This document shows positions 10,109-18,862 of a stretch of DNA of 64,000 nt, one piece after another. Numbering within the stretch: position 1 is the stretch's first letter; every line of letters starts with the position of its first letter. A program made the position numbers and the translations under genes. The stretch is from Puniceicoccaceae bacterium (GTDB taxonomy: Bacteria; Verrucomicrobiota; Verrucomicrobiia; Opitutales; Oceanipulchritudinaceae). Below the pieces are notes generated by a model. It had not been told where the DNA came from. It saw only the letters and a list, made by a program, of their open reading frames with translations, and ran no database searches. The stretch is taken from NCBI GenBank assembly GCA_040830765.1, contig JBFOMH010000018.1, positions 59,418 through 123,417 on the forward strand, in the 5' to 3' direction.

Positions 10109-10149
10109 CTTAATCTTTATCTTAATCTTTGTCTTAATTTATATCTCAA
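10109..10149. repeat. Intergenic AT-rich hexamer/dodecamer tandem repeat (TCTTAA/TCTTTA)
   Basis: TCTTAATCTTTA-TCTTAATCTTTG-TCTTAATTTATA-TCTCAA fills the spacer between two co-oriented genes. Confidence 0.7.
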
Positions 10150-10151
10150 CC

Positions 10152-10985
10152 CTAAACAGACTTCAAGTAGGCCTCCGTAATATCCTTTAGCCATGCGTCC
10201 TGATCGCCTTCCCAACGGGCCTTGCTGAAAATCTCGACCTCATTGTAGCCCTTGAATCCTGCCTTCTCGACCCATCCCCGGATAGTGGGAATATCGATAC
10301 AACCCTCGCCCATGAGCCCGCGGTCCAGGAGCATGTCGGCTGTCGGGGTCCGCCAATCACAGACATGGAAGGCGGTCAGGTTACCGTTCTTGCCGCAGCG
10401 CTTGATCTCGGATTCCAAATCCGGATCCCACCAGAGGTGATAAACGTCAACGGCAATTCCAACGTAGGGAGAATTGAAATATTCCGCCATTTCGTTAGCC
10501 GACTTCATGGTATTGACCGCGGACCGATCGTCCGCGTACATCGGATGCAATGGCTCGATGGCGAGGGTCACGCCAGCCGCCTCGGCATGGGGAAGGACGG
10601 CCTCAATCCCTTCGCGAATCTGCTTGCGGCTCTCCTCGAGGGACTGATTCGGACTCGCTCCACATACCAGGACAACCATGGGCGCACCAATCTTCTCCGC
10701 CTCGTTGATGGCCAGCCGGTTGTCAGCAAAAGCCTTTACCCGCTCATCCTTGTTGGTGTAGGTGAAAAATCCTCCCCGGACAAGGGCAACGGTATCCAGT
10801 CCGGCATCCTTGATGCGCTTTCCGACATCAAAAGGATCGTGACCCTTCAGGGTATCGCGCCAGACGGTGATGCCCCCGACGCCTGCAGCGGCAAACTTCT
10901 CAATGGCCGTTTCGAGTGACCATGGCTTGGTAGTGATGGTGTGAATGGCACACTTGGAGAGATCCTTAATCGCTTTGGCGGTCAT
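10152..10985 (-). CDS. Sugar phosphate isomerase/epimerase (xylose isomerase-like TIM barrel)
   Basis: LAIEPLHP, DVYH, FHVCD, DRGLMGEGCID, EVEIFS metal-binding pattern. Confidence 0.85.
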   Translation of the reverse strand: MTAKAIKDLSKCAIHTITTKPWSLETAIEKFAAAGVGGITVWRDTLKGHDPFDVGKRIKDAGLDTVALVRGGFFTYTNKDERVKAFADNRLAINEAEKIGAPMVVLVCGASPNQSLEESRKQIREGIEAVLPHAEAAGVTLAIEPLHPMYADDRSAVNTMKSANEMAEYFNSPYVGIAVDVYHLWWDPDLESEIKRCGKNGNLTAFHVCDWRTPTADMLLDRGLMGEGCIDIPTIRGWVEKAGFKGYNEVEIFSKARWEGDQDAWLKDITEAYLKSV

Positions 10986-10987
10986 GC

Positions 10988-12370
10988 TTATGCTCCTTTC
11001 ACGCAGCTGAAGAAGGTGTAATAGGGTTTGTCCTCAATGAGGCGCTGGACATAGAGAGCCAATTCACGCATGTGGTAATCGCCCCACATGCTGGCTTCCC
11101 CACAGGCAATCTTGCTGCCCTCCGGCTTGTAGTCCCATCCGTTGGGCTCGTGATAGATGCTGTGCAGGACAAGCCCCTGGTGCTCGGGGGCGAGGCTGAG
11201 GTAAGGCTCATCCAACAAGGTTTCCAGGGAAGTCAGGCCTGCCTGGAAATAGCGTGCGCCCTCCTCCGTCTCGGTCCCGAGGTAACGGCCGAGGCGAAGC
11301 AGACCCTGCGCCCCGATGGCCGCAGCCGAACTGTCCACCGGCTCATGGTCGTTAAACGGATCCGCCTTGCGGCTCTTGTAGTCGCCCAGTTGCCAAAGGT
11401 TCGGTGCGCCCCCATCCCAGTAGGGAATGCCATCCACGGGAGTATTGTCGATGAACCAGTCGCAGGTCGCCCGTGCGGCCTTGAGGAAAATTGCCTCGAT
11501 GGCTTCACGCCCGCCGTACGGTTCCAGTTCGGCATCGGAAACCGTCTTCAGGAATTCCAGTTCCTCAGGGAAGCCGACCATGGCCCAACTCAATCCACGG
11601 GTCCATGTGGTAAACCCACTAAAGCCTTGCTGGGCGTTGGGGCAGCGGAAGTTCCCATCGTTGCGGTTAAATATCGCCTCATGTGTGGTGCGGCCCCACT
11701 CATCGTAGGCATCACGGCCTTTCCCGTAGAACACGGAATATTTCGCCGTCGCCTTGGCATGCTCAATCATGCGCCCCAGGAGGCTTACCGACTTGTCGTT
11801 GTCCTCCAGGAGCGAATGACCAAGGCGATCGCTCACTACAAGGGCACGGCAGGTCCGGATGGTGTCGACAAAGAGGGAGTGAGGACCGTTGAAGGAATAC
11901 ATATAGCCGCCGCCATCAGCAGTCGTGGCCCAGCGCTTCGCCTGGACCGCTCCGGAAATCTTCAGGGCCAGCTCATAGAAGTCCCGCTCCCACTTGTTTT
12001 CCGGAATAATTCCTTCGTTCATCAGGCGCAACAGGTTGCCATAGGTACTGACGTTGTTGAACCCATGGTCGTGCACCCCGAAGTGACTCACGTGAGGGGC
12101 CATCTTGTCCACGGTATCCTTGCGTCCCAGCTCAAGATAGCGCTCGTCCCCGGTGGCATCAAACTGCAGGACCGCACTTCCGTATTGGAATCCCTGGGTC
12201 CATTCGGTCCAGCCACGGGTGGTGTACTTTCCGGCCCAGGTAAAGACCGGTGACCCTTTCGAGTCGTCATACTCCTTCGCAATCAGATCAATCTTCTGAC
12301 CGGAAACTTCCCAGAACCGGGCTAGTTTCTCACTAAGGTCACTCGCTTGTAACGTGTTCTTAATTTCCAT
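10988..12370 (-). CDS. GH88-like glycoside hydrolase (unsaturated glucuronyl hydrolase fold), no signal peptide
   Basis: WTQGF, HDHGF, FVDT, WTRGLSW, PYWD, DSSAAAI, WGDY motifs match the GH88 pattern. Confidence 0.75.
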   Translation of the reverse strand: MEIKNTLQASDLSEKLARFWEVSGQKIDLIAKEYDDSKGSPVFTWAGKYTTRGWTEWTQGFQYGSAVLQFDATGDERYLELGRKDTVDKMAPHVSHFGVHDHGFNNVSTYGNLLRLMNEGIIPENKWERDFYELALKISGAVQAKRWATTADGGGYMYSFNGPHSLFVDTIRTCRALVVSDRLGHSLLEDNDKSVSLLGRMIEHAKATAKYSVFYGKGRDAYDEWGRTTHEAIFNRNDGNFRCPNAQQGFSGFTTWTRGLSWAMVGFPEELEFLKTVSDAELEPYGGREAIEAIFLKAARATCDWFIDNTPVDGIPYWDGGAPNLWQLGDYKSRKADPFNDHEPVDSSAAAIGAQGLLRLGRYLGTETEEGARYFQAGLTSLETLLDEPYLSLAPEHQGLVLHSIYHEPNGWDYKPEGSKIACGEASMWGDYHMRELALYVQRLIEDKPYYTFFSCVKGA

Positions 12371-12377
12371 AAAATTT

Positions 12378-12421
12378 CCTTCGTCCTTTGTCTTTAGTCC
12401 TTCGTCCTTCGTCCTTCGTCC
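12378..12421. repeat. Heptamer tandem repeat (CCTTCGT) x6
   Basis: CCTTCGT CCTTTGT CTTTAGT CCTTCGT CCTTCGT CCTTCGT CC between the regulator stop and the GH88-like start. Confidence 0.85.
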
Positions 12422-12976
12422 CTAATACCGCTTCCCCTTCTTGATATGCACAAGAACCAATTTACTGTCTTCCACAGCCTCATAGGAGTGCTCCTGGATG
12501 GCATCGAACTGGAGGCTCTGTCCGGCGGAAAGCTCTACTGTTTCGTGAGGTAGCTCTACCCGGACCCGGCCCTCAATAATCCAGCAGGTTTCATGGTCAT
12601 CATGATGGATCTCCGGCTTGTGGATACGAGCGCCTGCGTCAGCTTCGCCGTAGAAGCAAGCGTGATTGGCGTATCGGGTGACACGAAAATGGAATCCGTC
12701 ACTGCGATATTGTTCATCCGCCTTGAGATGGGCCATTCGCGATTCTGCCAAGCCAAGAAGATCCGTCGCGCTCATGCCGAAAACCCGGCCCAGCTTGTAA
12801 AGGGTCTCCAGCTCAGCGCTGGTCTGGTTCCGCTCAAGACGGGAAATAACCGCTATGCTGAGTCCGGATCGCTGGGCTGTCTCTTCCAATGTCAGTCCTT
12901 CGCGCTTGCGGATCTCCCGCAAAATCGAAAAATCAAACATTCCGGTAAGCCCGCTTAACTGGTTTTGTTCTGTCAT
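12422..12976 (-). CDS. XRE-family HTH transcriptional regulator with C-terminal cupin domain
   Basis: LREIRKREGLTLEETAQRSGLS..ISRLERN HTH; H..HETCWIIEG..L..GQSLQFDA...HSY cupin. Confidence 0.88.
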   Translation of the reverse strand: MTEQNQLSGLTGMFDFSILREIRKREGLTLEETAQRSGLSIAVISRLERNQTSAELETLYKLGRVFGMSATDLLGLAESRMAHLKADEQYRSDGFHFRVTRYANHACFYGEADAGARIHKPEIHHDDHETCWIIEGRVRVELPHETVELSAGQSLQFDAIQEHSYEAVEDSKLVLVHIKKGKRY

Positions 12977-13054
12977 AAATTTCAATTGACGTCCCTCAAA
13001 TATTTCCACTAAGGATAAATTATCAAGCATTTTTTAACTAAATAGCAAAAAAAC

Positions 13055-13684
13055 ATGAGTTTAAGTTCCGTAAAATCGACCCGATTGATGCCAGTTGCCG
13101 TCATCCCGAGCCTGGAAAGCGCCCTACCATTGGCGGAGGCATTGATGGAATCTGGCGTTCCCCATATAGAAATCACCCTGCGGACGCCCTGTGCGATGGA
13201 CGCCATGCGGGCCATCCGCAAGGAATTCCCGGACATGATTGTCGGTGCCGGGACCATCCTTGATGCGGAAAGCATTCCCGTGCTGGCTGACATGGGGGTA
13301 GCCTTCGGGGTCTCTCCCGGGCTCAATCCGGCCGTCATTGAAACCGCCCAAGCAAGGGACTTTCTGATGGTCCCTGGCGTCATCACACCCGGTGAAGTGG
13401 AACGGGGCCTTTCGATGGGCTTGAAGCTCCTGAAGTTCTTTCCTGCCGAAGCGGCCGGAGGGGCAAAGATGCTCAAGGCCCTCGCGGGACCTTATGGTCA
13501 CACGGGCGTAAAGTTCGTGCCCACCGGAGGGATCAATGCAGCCAATGCCCAGCCCTATCTCGACCTAAGCGTCACCGAAGCGATCGGCGGCAGCTGGTTC
13601 GTCGACCAGAAACTCGTGGCCGCCGGCGATTTTGAGAAAATTCGCGACCTGACCCGGGAAGCTGTTCAACTGGCGGCAGAATAA
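13055..13684 (+). CDS. eda: KDPG/KHG aldolase
   Basis: IEITLRT, VGAGT, VSPG, PGVITPGE, KFFPA, FVPTGGI, GGSW. Confidence 0.93.
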   Translation: MSLSSVKSTRLMPVAVIPSLESALPLAEALMESGVPHIEITLRTPCAMDAMRAIRKEFPDMIVGAGTILDAESIPVLADMGVAFGVSPGLNPAVIETAQARDFLMVPGVITPGEVERGLSMGLKLLKFFPAEAAGGAKMLKALAGPYGHTGVKFVPTGGINAANAQPYLDLSVTEAIGGSWFVDQKLVAAGDFEKIRDLTREAVQLAAE

Positions 13685-13711
13685 TCCCGCCGACTGAATA
13701 TCCGCCTCTTT

Positions 13712-14314
13712 CTAGAAGCGGTCGTTGACAACCACTTCGTCGAGACTGAGCTGGCCCGGCTTGGGCCATGCTGGCTGGGTACCTTTACCGACGGCGATCA
13801 TGTAAGAGATGACATGACCCTCGGGGAGGTTGATAATCTCCGCCACCTTGTCGAAGTCGAATCCATCCATGGGACAGGAGTCATAGCCCATGGCCTTGGC
13901 AGCCAGCATCAGGGTCTGGCCGGCAATGCCACAGGACCTCATGCCTTCATCCCGCTGTACCTGCTCCCGACCAGTGTAGTACTGCGTAATCGCTGGAACG
14001 AGAAAATCCTGCACCGGCTGCGGCGCCTTGTGCCAATACTTTTCCGGTTCCTCCTTCCAGGCATTGAGATTCGCGCACAAGACAACCAACAAGGACGCGT
14101 CGGTGACCTGCGCCTGGTCCCAGGCGACGGACCGGATCTGCTTTCTCAGTTCCGGGTCCTTGACCACCACCAACCGCCAGTGCTGCAGGTTGAACGCAGT
14201 CGGCGACTGCAAGGTCAATTCGAGGAGCTCCTTCTCCTCAGCTTCAGTCATGATGTGCTCCGGGTCGTAGTGCTTGATGGCCCGGCGTTCGCGAATCGCT
14301 GTCTTTGTGTCCAT
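13712..14314 (-). CDS. Nitroreductase family protein
   Basis: RRAIKHYD, SPTAFNLQHW, LAAKAMGYDSCPMDGFD. Start taken at MDTKTAI. Confidence 0.88.
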   Translation of the reverse strand: MDTKTAIRERRAIKHYDPEHIMTEAEEKELLELTLQSPTAFNLQHWRLVVVKDPELRKQIRSVAWDQAQVTDASLLVVLCANLNAWKEEPEKYWHKAPQPVQDFLVPAITQYYTGREQVQRDEGMRSCGIAGQTLMLAAKAMGYDSCPMDGFDFDKVAEIINLPEGHVISYMIAVGKGTQPAWPKPGQLSLDEVVVNDRF

Positions 14315-14462
14315 GGAAGGAAGATACCCAATTGTGAAAATCTGCAAGCGGCACCAGCATTCCTTATACAGAAGGCCAAGCATTCTAATATAAAACCGCC
14401 GGTCATTGACCCCTCTGAAGCAGGCTGATAAACCGGTTTCCGACCACGATGGAGGTTGACTC

Positions 14463-15929
14463 ATGAATATCGGAAATCGCACCAGAAAATCACACCTGCT
14501 GTTAATCTTGCTCCTGCCCGTCCTTTCCCTGCAGGCCCAACCAGAGCCCAGCGAGGCCACCTCGGAATGCCTGCTCTGCCATGAGATGGCCACTCCGGGC
14601 ATCGTCGCCGACTGGCAACGCAGCCGGCACGCCATTACCAGTCCGGCGACTGCCATGGAGCAGGACGAGCTGGCCCGGCGCATCTCGGCCGAGTCGGTTC
14701 CCGAGGAACTGGCCCAAACCGTTGTTGGATGCTACGAGTGCCATGGATTGCGGACGAGTGAGCACGCCGACTCCTTTGAGCACTTCGGCTACCAGATCAA
14801 TGCCATCGTCTCCCCGGCCGATTGCGCCACCTGTCATCCCACGGAGAGTGGCGAGTATCAGGATTCCAAGAAAGCCCATGCCATCGGCAATCTCGGAAGC
14901 AATCCGGTTTACCATGCGCTGGAAACGGAAGTTATCGGACTGAAGCGGATCGTTGACGGTGAGCTGACCAGCCTGCCGCCGTCCGCCCACACCCAGGGCG
15001 AAGCCTGTTATGCCTGCCATGGTACCGTCGTCGGGGTCAAGGGAATGAAAACCATCGATTCCGACTTTGGGGAAGTCGAGGTTCCGGAACTGACCAACTG
15101 GCCCAACCAGGGCGTCGGCCGCATCAATCCCGACGGCTCCATGGGTGCCTGCACCGCCTGTCATCCACGGCACGGATTTTCAATTGAAGTGGCCCGGAAG
15201 CCCTACACTTGTGCCCAGTGTCATGTGGAGCCGGATGTCCCGGCATGGGATGTCTGGAAGGAAAGCAAGCACGGGAACATCGTCCTCTCCGAAGGCTCGC
15301 ATTATGATTGGGACGCCGTCCCATGGAAGGCGGGTACCGATTTCCAGGCACCCACCTGTGCGGCCTGCCATAATGCGCTCGTCACCGACCTTTATGGCGA
15401 CGAGGTCATCGCCGAGCGGACCCATGATTTTGGCTCCCGCCTCTGGCTGCGTATCTTCGGCCTGCCGACCAGCCATCCCCAGCCCATCCATGGGGATACC
15501 ACAAAGCTCCGGAACGCGGACGGGCAACCCCTTCCCGTGACCTTTGGCGGCGTCCCGGCCGCCGAGGGTCTTATCGATGCGGAGACCATGGCTTCGCGGC
15601 AGGCCGGCATGGAGGCCATCTGCCGTTCCTGCCACTCAACAGACTGGGTCAACGGACACTTTGACCAGTTCGATGCCTTTGTCGCTGAAGTGGATACAAT
15701 GGTCCTTGAGACCACCGCCTTGATGAGCCAGGCATGGGAAAGCGGCCTCGCCGATCCGGCCAATCCGTTCAACGAACCGCTGGAGCATCTCTGGGTCAAC
15801 CAGTGGCTCATCAACGCCAATGCCGCCCGCTATGCCTCGGCCATGAACGGACAGGACTTCGCCGCCTTCAAGTATGGGTGGTGGGGCATGTCGCAGACCC
15901 TCGCCAAATTCCACGCCAAGCTGGAATAG
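14463..15929 (+). CDS. Periplasmic octaheme cytochrome c, hydroxylamine oxidoreductase (HAO)-like family
   Basis: Signal peptide; eight CxxCH (CLLCH, CYECH, CATCH, CYACH, CTACH, CAQCH, CAACH, CRSCH); HAO-family motifs GRINPDGS.G.C..CH.RH.FS...AR.P, ESKHG, APTCA.CH; GGAGG RBS. Confidence 0.85.
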   Translation: MNIGNRTRKSHLLLILLLPVLSLQAQPEPSEATSECLLCHEMATPGIVADWQRSRHAITSPATAMEQDELARRISAESVPEELAQTVVGCYECHGLRTSEHADSFEHFGYQINAIVSPADCATCHPTESGEYQDSKKAHAIGNLGSNPVYHALETEVIGLKRIVDGELTSLPPSAHTQGEACYACHGTVVGVKGMKTIDSDFGEVEVPELTNWPNQGVGRINPDGSMGACTACHPRHGFSIEVARKPYTCAQCHVEPDVPAWDVWKESKHGNIVLSEGSHYDWDAVPWKAGTDFQAPTCAACHNALVTDLYGDEVIAERTHDFGSRLWLRIFGLPTSHPQPIHGDTTKLRNADGQPLPVTFGGVPAAEGLIDAETMASRQAGMEAICRSCHSTDWVNGHFDQFDAFVAEVDTMVLETTALMSQAWESGLADPANPFNEPLEHLWVNQWLINANAARYASAMNGQDFAAFKYGWWGMSQTLAKFHAKLE

Positions 15930-16005
15930 GAAGAACCAAACCGGGAGAGTTCATTTTCAGCTTGTCCCGGCACCCTCCTCCACCGACCCTTTGCGGAAGG
16001 TCGCT

Positions 16006-16797
16006 ATGGAAAAACATATCCTCATCACAAACGATGACGGCATCGAGTCCGGGTTCCTGCACGCCATCGCCGGTGCGTTGGCGAAGCGTTTCCGCATCAC
16101 AATCGCCGCGCCTGGTTCCGAGCAAAGCTGGATCGGCCGGGCGGTCTCGCGTCGTGGAGGTGTCCCCGTGCAGAAGCACGCGGAGCTTCCCTGGCCCGCA
16201 TGGACCATTGGCGGGACACCGACGGACTGCGTGAATATTGCCATGGCCAACCTCCTTGAGGAACGCCCGGACGCGGTGGTTTCCGGTATCAATATCGGCT
16301 ACAACACCACTACCCAGCTCATCTATTGCTCGGGTACCGTCGCCGGTGCCCTGGAAGGGGCCTTCTGGGGTCTCCCGGCCTTTGCCGTCTCCCTGGAAAT
16401 CCCCGATACCATCTTCTGGGAAGTCAGCCAGGCCAAGGGCCGCATGCCCGAGGGTTGGCAGTCCCTGCTGGACGACAGCGCTGAACATGCAGCTGGCCTG
16501 GTGGCGGAATTGCTGGAAAAGGAAAAAACCTCCACAGGGAACGGGGATGCCGTCGTCCATAACCTGAATTATCCTTCCCGACCGGAAAATCCCTTCCGCA
16601 TACTCCGCACCATCCCGGCCCATTTGCGGGAAATGGGCTTTTTTCAGTCGGATGGAAACGGGGAGTATAATTTCCACTTCACCCACGGGAAAATGCGCCC
16701 ATCAGAACAAATTACGGACCGGGAAGCCCTTGCCAAGGGAGCCGTTAGTCATTCAATTTTGAACTTTTCCGCCCTGGGAAGAGACCTAAACCATTGA
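16006..16797 (+). CDS. surE: 5'/3'-nucleotidase SurE
   Basis: ILITNDDG, AP..EQS, GTPTDCV, VVSGINIG.N, SGTVAGA.EG. Confidence 0.92.
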   Translation: MEKHILITNDDGIESGFLHAIAGALAKRFRITIAAPGSEQSWIGRAVSRRGGVPVQKHAELPWPAWTIGGTPTDCVNIAMANLLEERPDAVVSGINIGYNTTTQLIYCSGTVAGALEGAFWGLPAFAVSLEIPDTIFWEVSQAKGRMPEGWQSLLDDSAEHAAGLVAELLEKEKTSTGNGDAVVHNLNYPSRPENPFRILRTIPAHLREMGFFQSDGNGEYNFHFTHGKMRPSEQITDREALAKGAVSHSILNFSALGRDLNH

Positions 16798-16849
16798 CCC
16801 CCGGTTGAGGTTCGACACATTTATCCCTTTTATCGCACTACTAAATAGC

Positions 16850-18010
16850 ATGAGCAGACCGCGCCAAATAAAGGCTTTCGTGATTTTACTGACCACATTC
16901 GTGGCAGGGGTTTTCCACGCCATCGCGCAGGAGGAAGCCGCCACCGAAACGCTCGATCCCGGCCCGTTTTACGGTTTCTGGCAAATACAGGAACCCGCCG
17001 GTGACACCTGTGTTCTCATCATCAAGCGGGGCGGCCGCCTCTCCTGTTTCTGGGCAGGTTCCTCGGCCCGCAATATCGAGAAGGGCACATGGCAGCGAAC
17101 CGGGGAGATCCTGACCGCGAAATGGGAAGCCGGCCACACGGAAGTATTTAAAATGATGGGCGAGAACGCCATTGAGCGCTCCACCTTCCAGCCCGGGCAG
17201 TCGATCCTCGGTGACCCGGCCTACACCATCCGGGGCGTCCGGATCGATTCGCGCATCCCCGGCAGCCTCACTACCAAGTCGGACGGGCCACCACCCGTAC
17301 GCGAACAAGTTGAAGATTCCTCTACCCGACCGGAAATCCCGGTCAACAACCCTTTCACCGGCTACTGGCTTGTCGACCAGTCGACGGGCATTTTCGGAAT
17401 CGGCGGCGGTGAACCGAATTTCTACCTCCACCTCAGCCGCGATGGGGATGCTGCGGTTGCCCTGCGCGACTGGGAAGGCGATGAAGGCGTGCAGGGTCTC
17501 TGGCGAATTGACGGCGACCGGGCCGTCATCACATGGCCCAACAACCGCCGGGATGTCCTCATCCCGAATGCTGAAGGCGGCTACACCCTCGGCACCTACA
17601 AGCCAAAGGACAAGCTGACCAATAAGCCGCGCCAGCTCAGCAAGGCCAGGAAAGTGACATTCTCCGACGCGGACCAGTATTTCGAAGCCGGCGAGTTCGA
17701 TCGCATGACGGTCCTCGATATACGCGGGACCTGGGTTCCTCAGGAATCAACCGGAACCCGGGAATACATTTCCATCGAGGGATGGGGCAACGCCTACCGC
17801 TATCCGGCCAAGGCTGGTGGCAGCGGGACAGATCCCGGCAAATGGCGCTTGGCCAGCGACCATGTGGTCATTACCTGGATCGACGGTTCCAAGGATCTCC
17901 TGCGCATCGCCTTTCCCCATTTTGTCCAGGACAGCTTTGCCGCGGGAGAACCCATTACCGGCACGCCTTTCCGGACGATTCCCGTCATCCGGACGGAAAA
18001 CGAGAACTGA
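16850..18010 (+). CDS. Secreted hypothetical protein with three internal GxW-initiated (lipocalin-like) repeats
   Basis: Signal peptide (…HAIA|QE); three segments share GxW...G.W.......ITW......L spacing. Confidence 0.6.
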   Translation: MSRPRQIKAFVILLTTFVAGVFHAIAQEEAATETLDPGPFYGFWQIQEPAGDTCVLIIKRGGRLSCFWAGSSARNIEKGTWQRTGEILTAKWEAGHTEVFKMMGENAIERSTFQPGQSILGDPAYTIRGVRIDSRIPGSLTTKSDGPPPVREQVEDSSTRPEIPVNNPFTGYWLVDQSTGIFGIGGGEPNFYLHLSRDGDAAVALRDWEGDEGVQGLWRIDGDRAVITWPNNRRDVLIPNAEGGYTLGTYKPKDKLTNKPRQLSKARKVTFSDADQYFEAGEFDRMTVLDIRGTWVPQESTGTREYISIEGWGNAYRYPAKAGGSGTDPGKWRLASDHVVITWIDGSKDLLRIAFPHFVQDSFAAGEPITGTPFRTIPVIRTENEN

Positions 18011-18019
18011 GCGGCCGCC

Positions 18020-18862
18020 TCAGGGTAGCCAGGGAAACTTGTTGAATTCCGGGGCGCGTTTCTCGACGTAGGCCTTGTGCCCTTCCTCGCCTTCCTCAGT
18101 CAGGTAATAGAGCAGTGTCGCGTTGCCCGAGAGTTCCTGCAACCCGGCTTGGCCATCGACATCCGCATTGAAGGCACTCTTGAGGCAGCGGATGGCAAGG
18201 GGACTCTTCTCAAGAATCTCGAGGGCCCACTGGACACCTTCCTCCTCAAGCTGCTCCACCGGAACGACCTTGTTGACCAACCCCATATTCTCTGCTTCTT
18301 CGGCATTGTACTGGCGGCACAGATACCAGATTTCACGTGCCTTTTTCTGGCCGACAATGCGGGCCAGGTAACTGCTGCCAAAGCCGCCGTCAAAGCTGCC
18401 CACGCGTGGCCCGGTCTGCCCGAAGACCGCATTGTCGGCGGCAATCGTCAGGTCGCAAATCACGTGCAGGACGTGGCCCCCGCCGATGGCATATCCCGCC
18501 ACCAGGGCGATCACCGGCTTGGGCATGCTCCGGATGAGCCGTTGCAATTCGAGGACATTCAGTCGCGGCACACCGTCCTTGCCGACGTACCCGCCCTTCT
18601 GCTCGCCTCGGATCTTCTGGTCACCACCCGAACAAAAGGCGTACTTGCCATCGGTGTGCGGGCCCGCTCCGGTGAGGAGAACGACGCCGACGCGGGTGTC
18701 GTTGGCGGCATCGTGAAAGGCGTCCAGCATCTCATCCACCGTATCCGGTGTGAAGGCGTTGCGCCGGTGGGGCCGGTTGATGGTCACCTTGGCGATGCCA
18801 TTCCACTTCTCATAGATGATGTCCGAATAGTCCTTAACCGATTTCCAATCTGCTTTACTCAT
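18020..18862 (-). CDS. menB: 1,4-dihydroxy-2-naphthoyl-CoA synthase
   Basis: [47 protein letters not shown]. Confidence 0.97.
   Translation of the reverse strand: MSKADWKSVKDYSDIIYEKWNGIAKVTINRPHRRNAFTPDTVDEMLDAFHDAANDTRVGVVLLTGAGPHTDGKYAFCSGGDQKIRGEQKGGYVGKDGVPRLNVLELQRLIRSMPKPVIALVAGYAIGGGHVLHVICDLTIAADNAVFGQTGPRVGSFDGGFGSSYLARIVGQKKAREIWYLCRQYNAEEAENMGLVNKVVPVEQLEEEGVQWALEILEKSPLAIRCLKSAFNADVDGQAGLQELSGNATLLYYLTEEGEEGHKAYVEKRAPEFNKFPWLP

Noticed and set aside
11072..12253. 393-aa plus-strand ORF
   Set aside because: Antisense to the GH88-like gene; no independent coding evidence.
14463..15929. Evidence for ammonia oxidation or anammox
   Set aside because: No amo, cycA/cycB or hzs genes nearby, and the oxidative cross-link Tyr appears absent.
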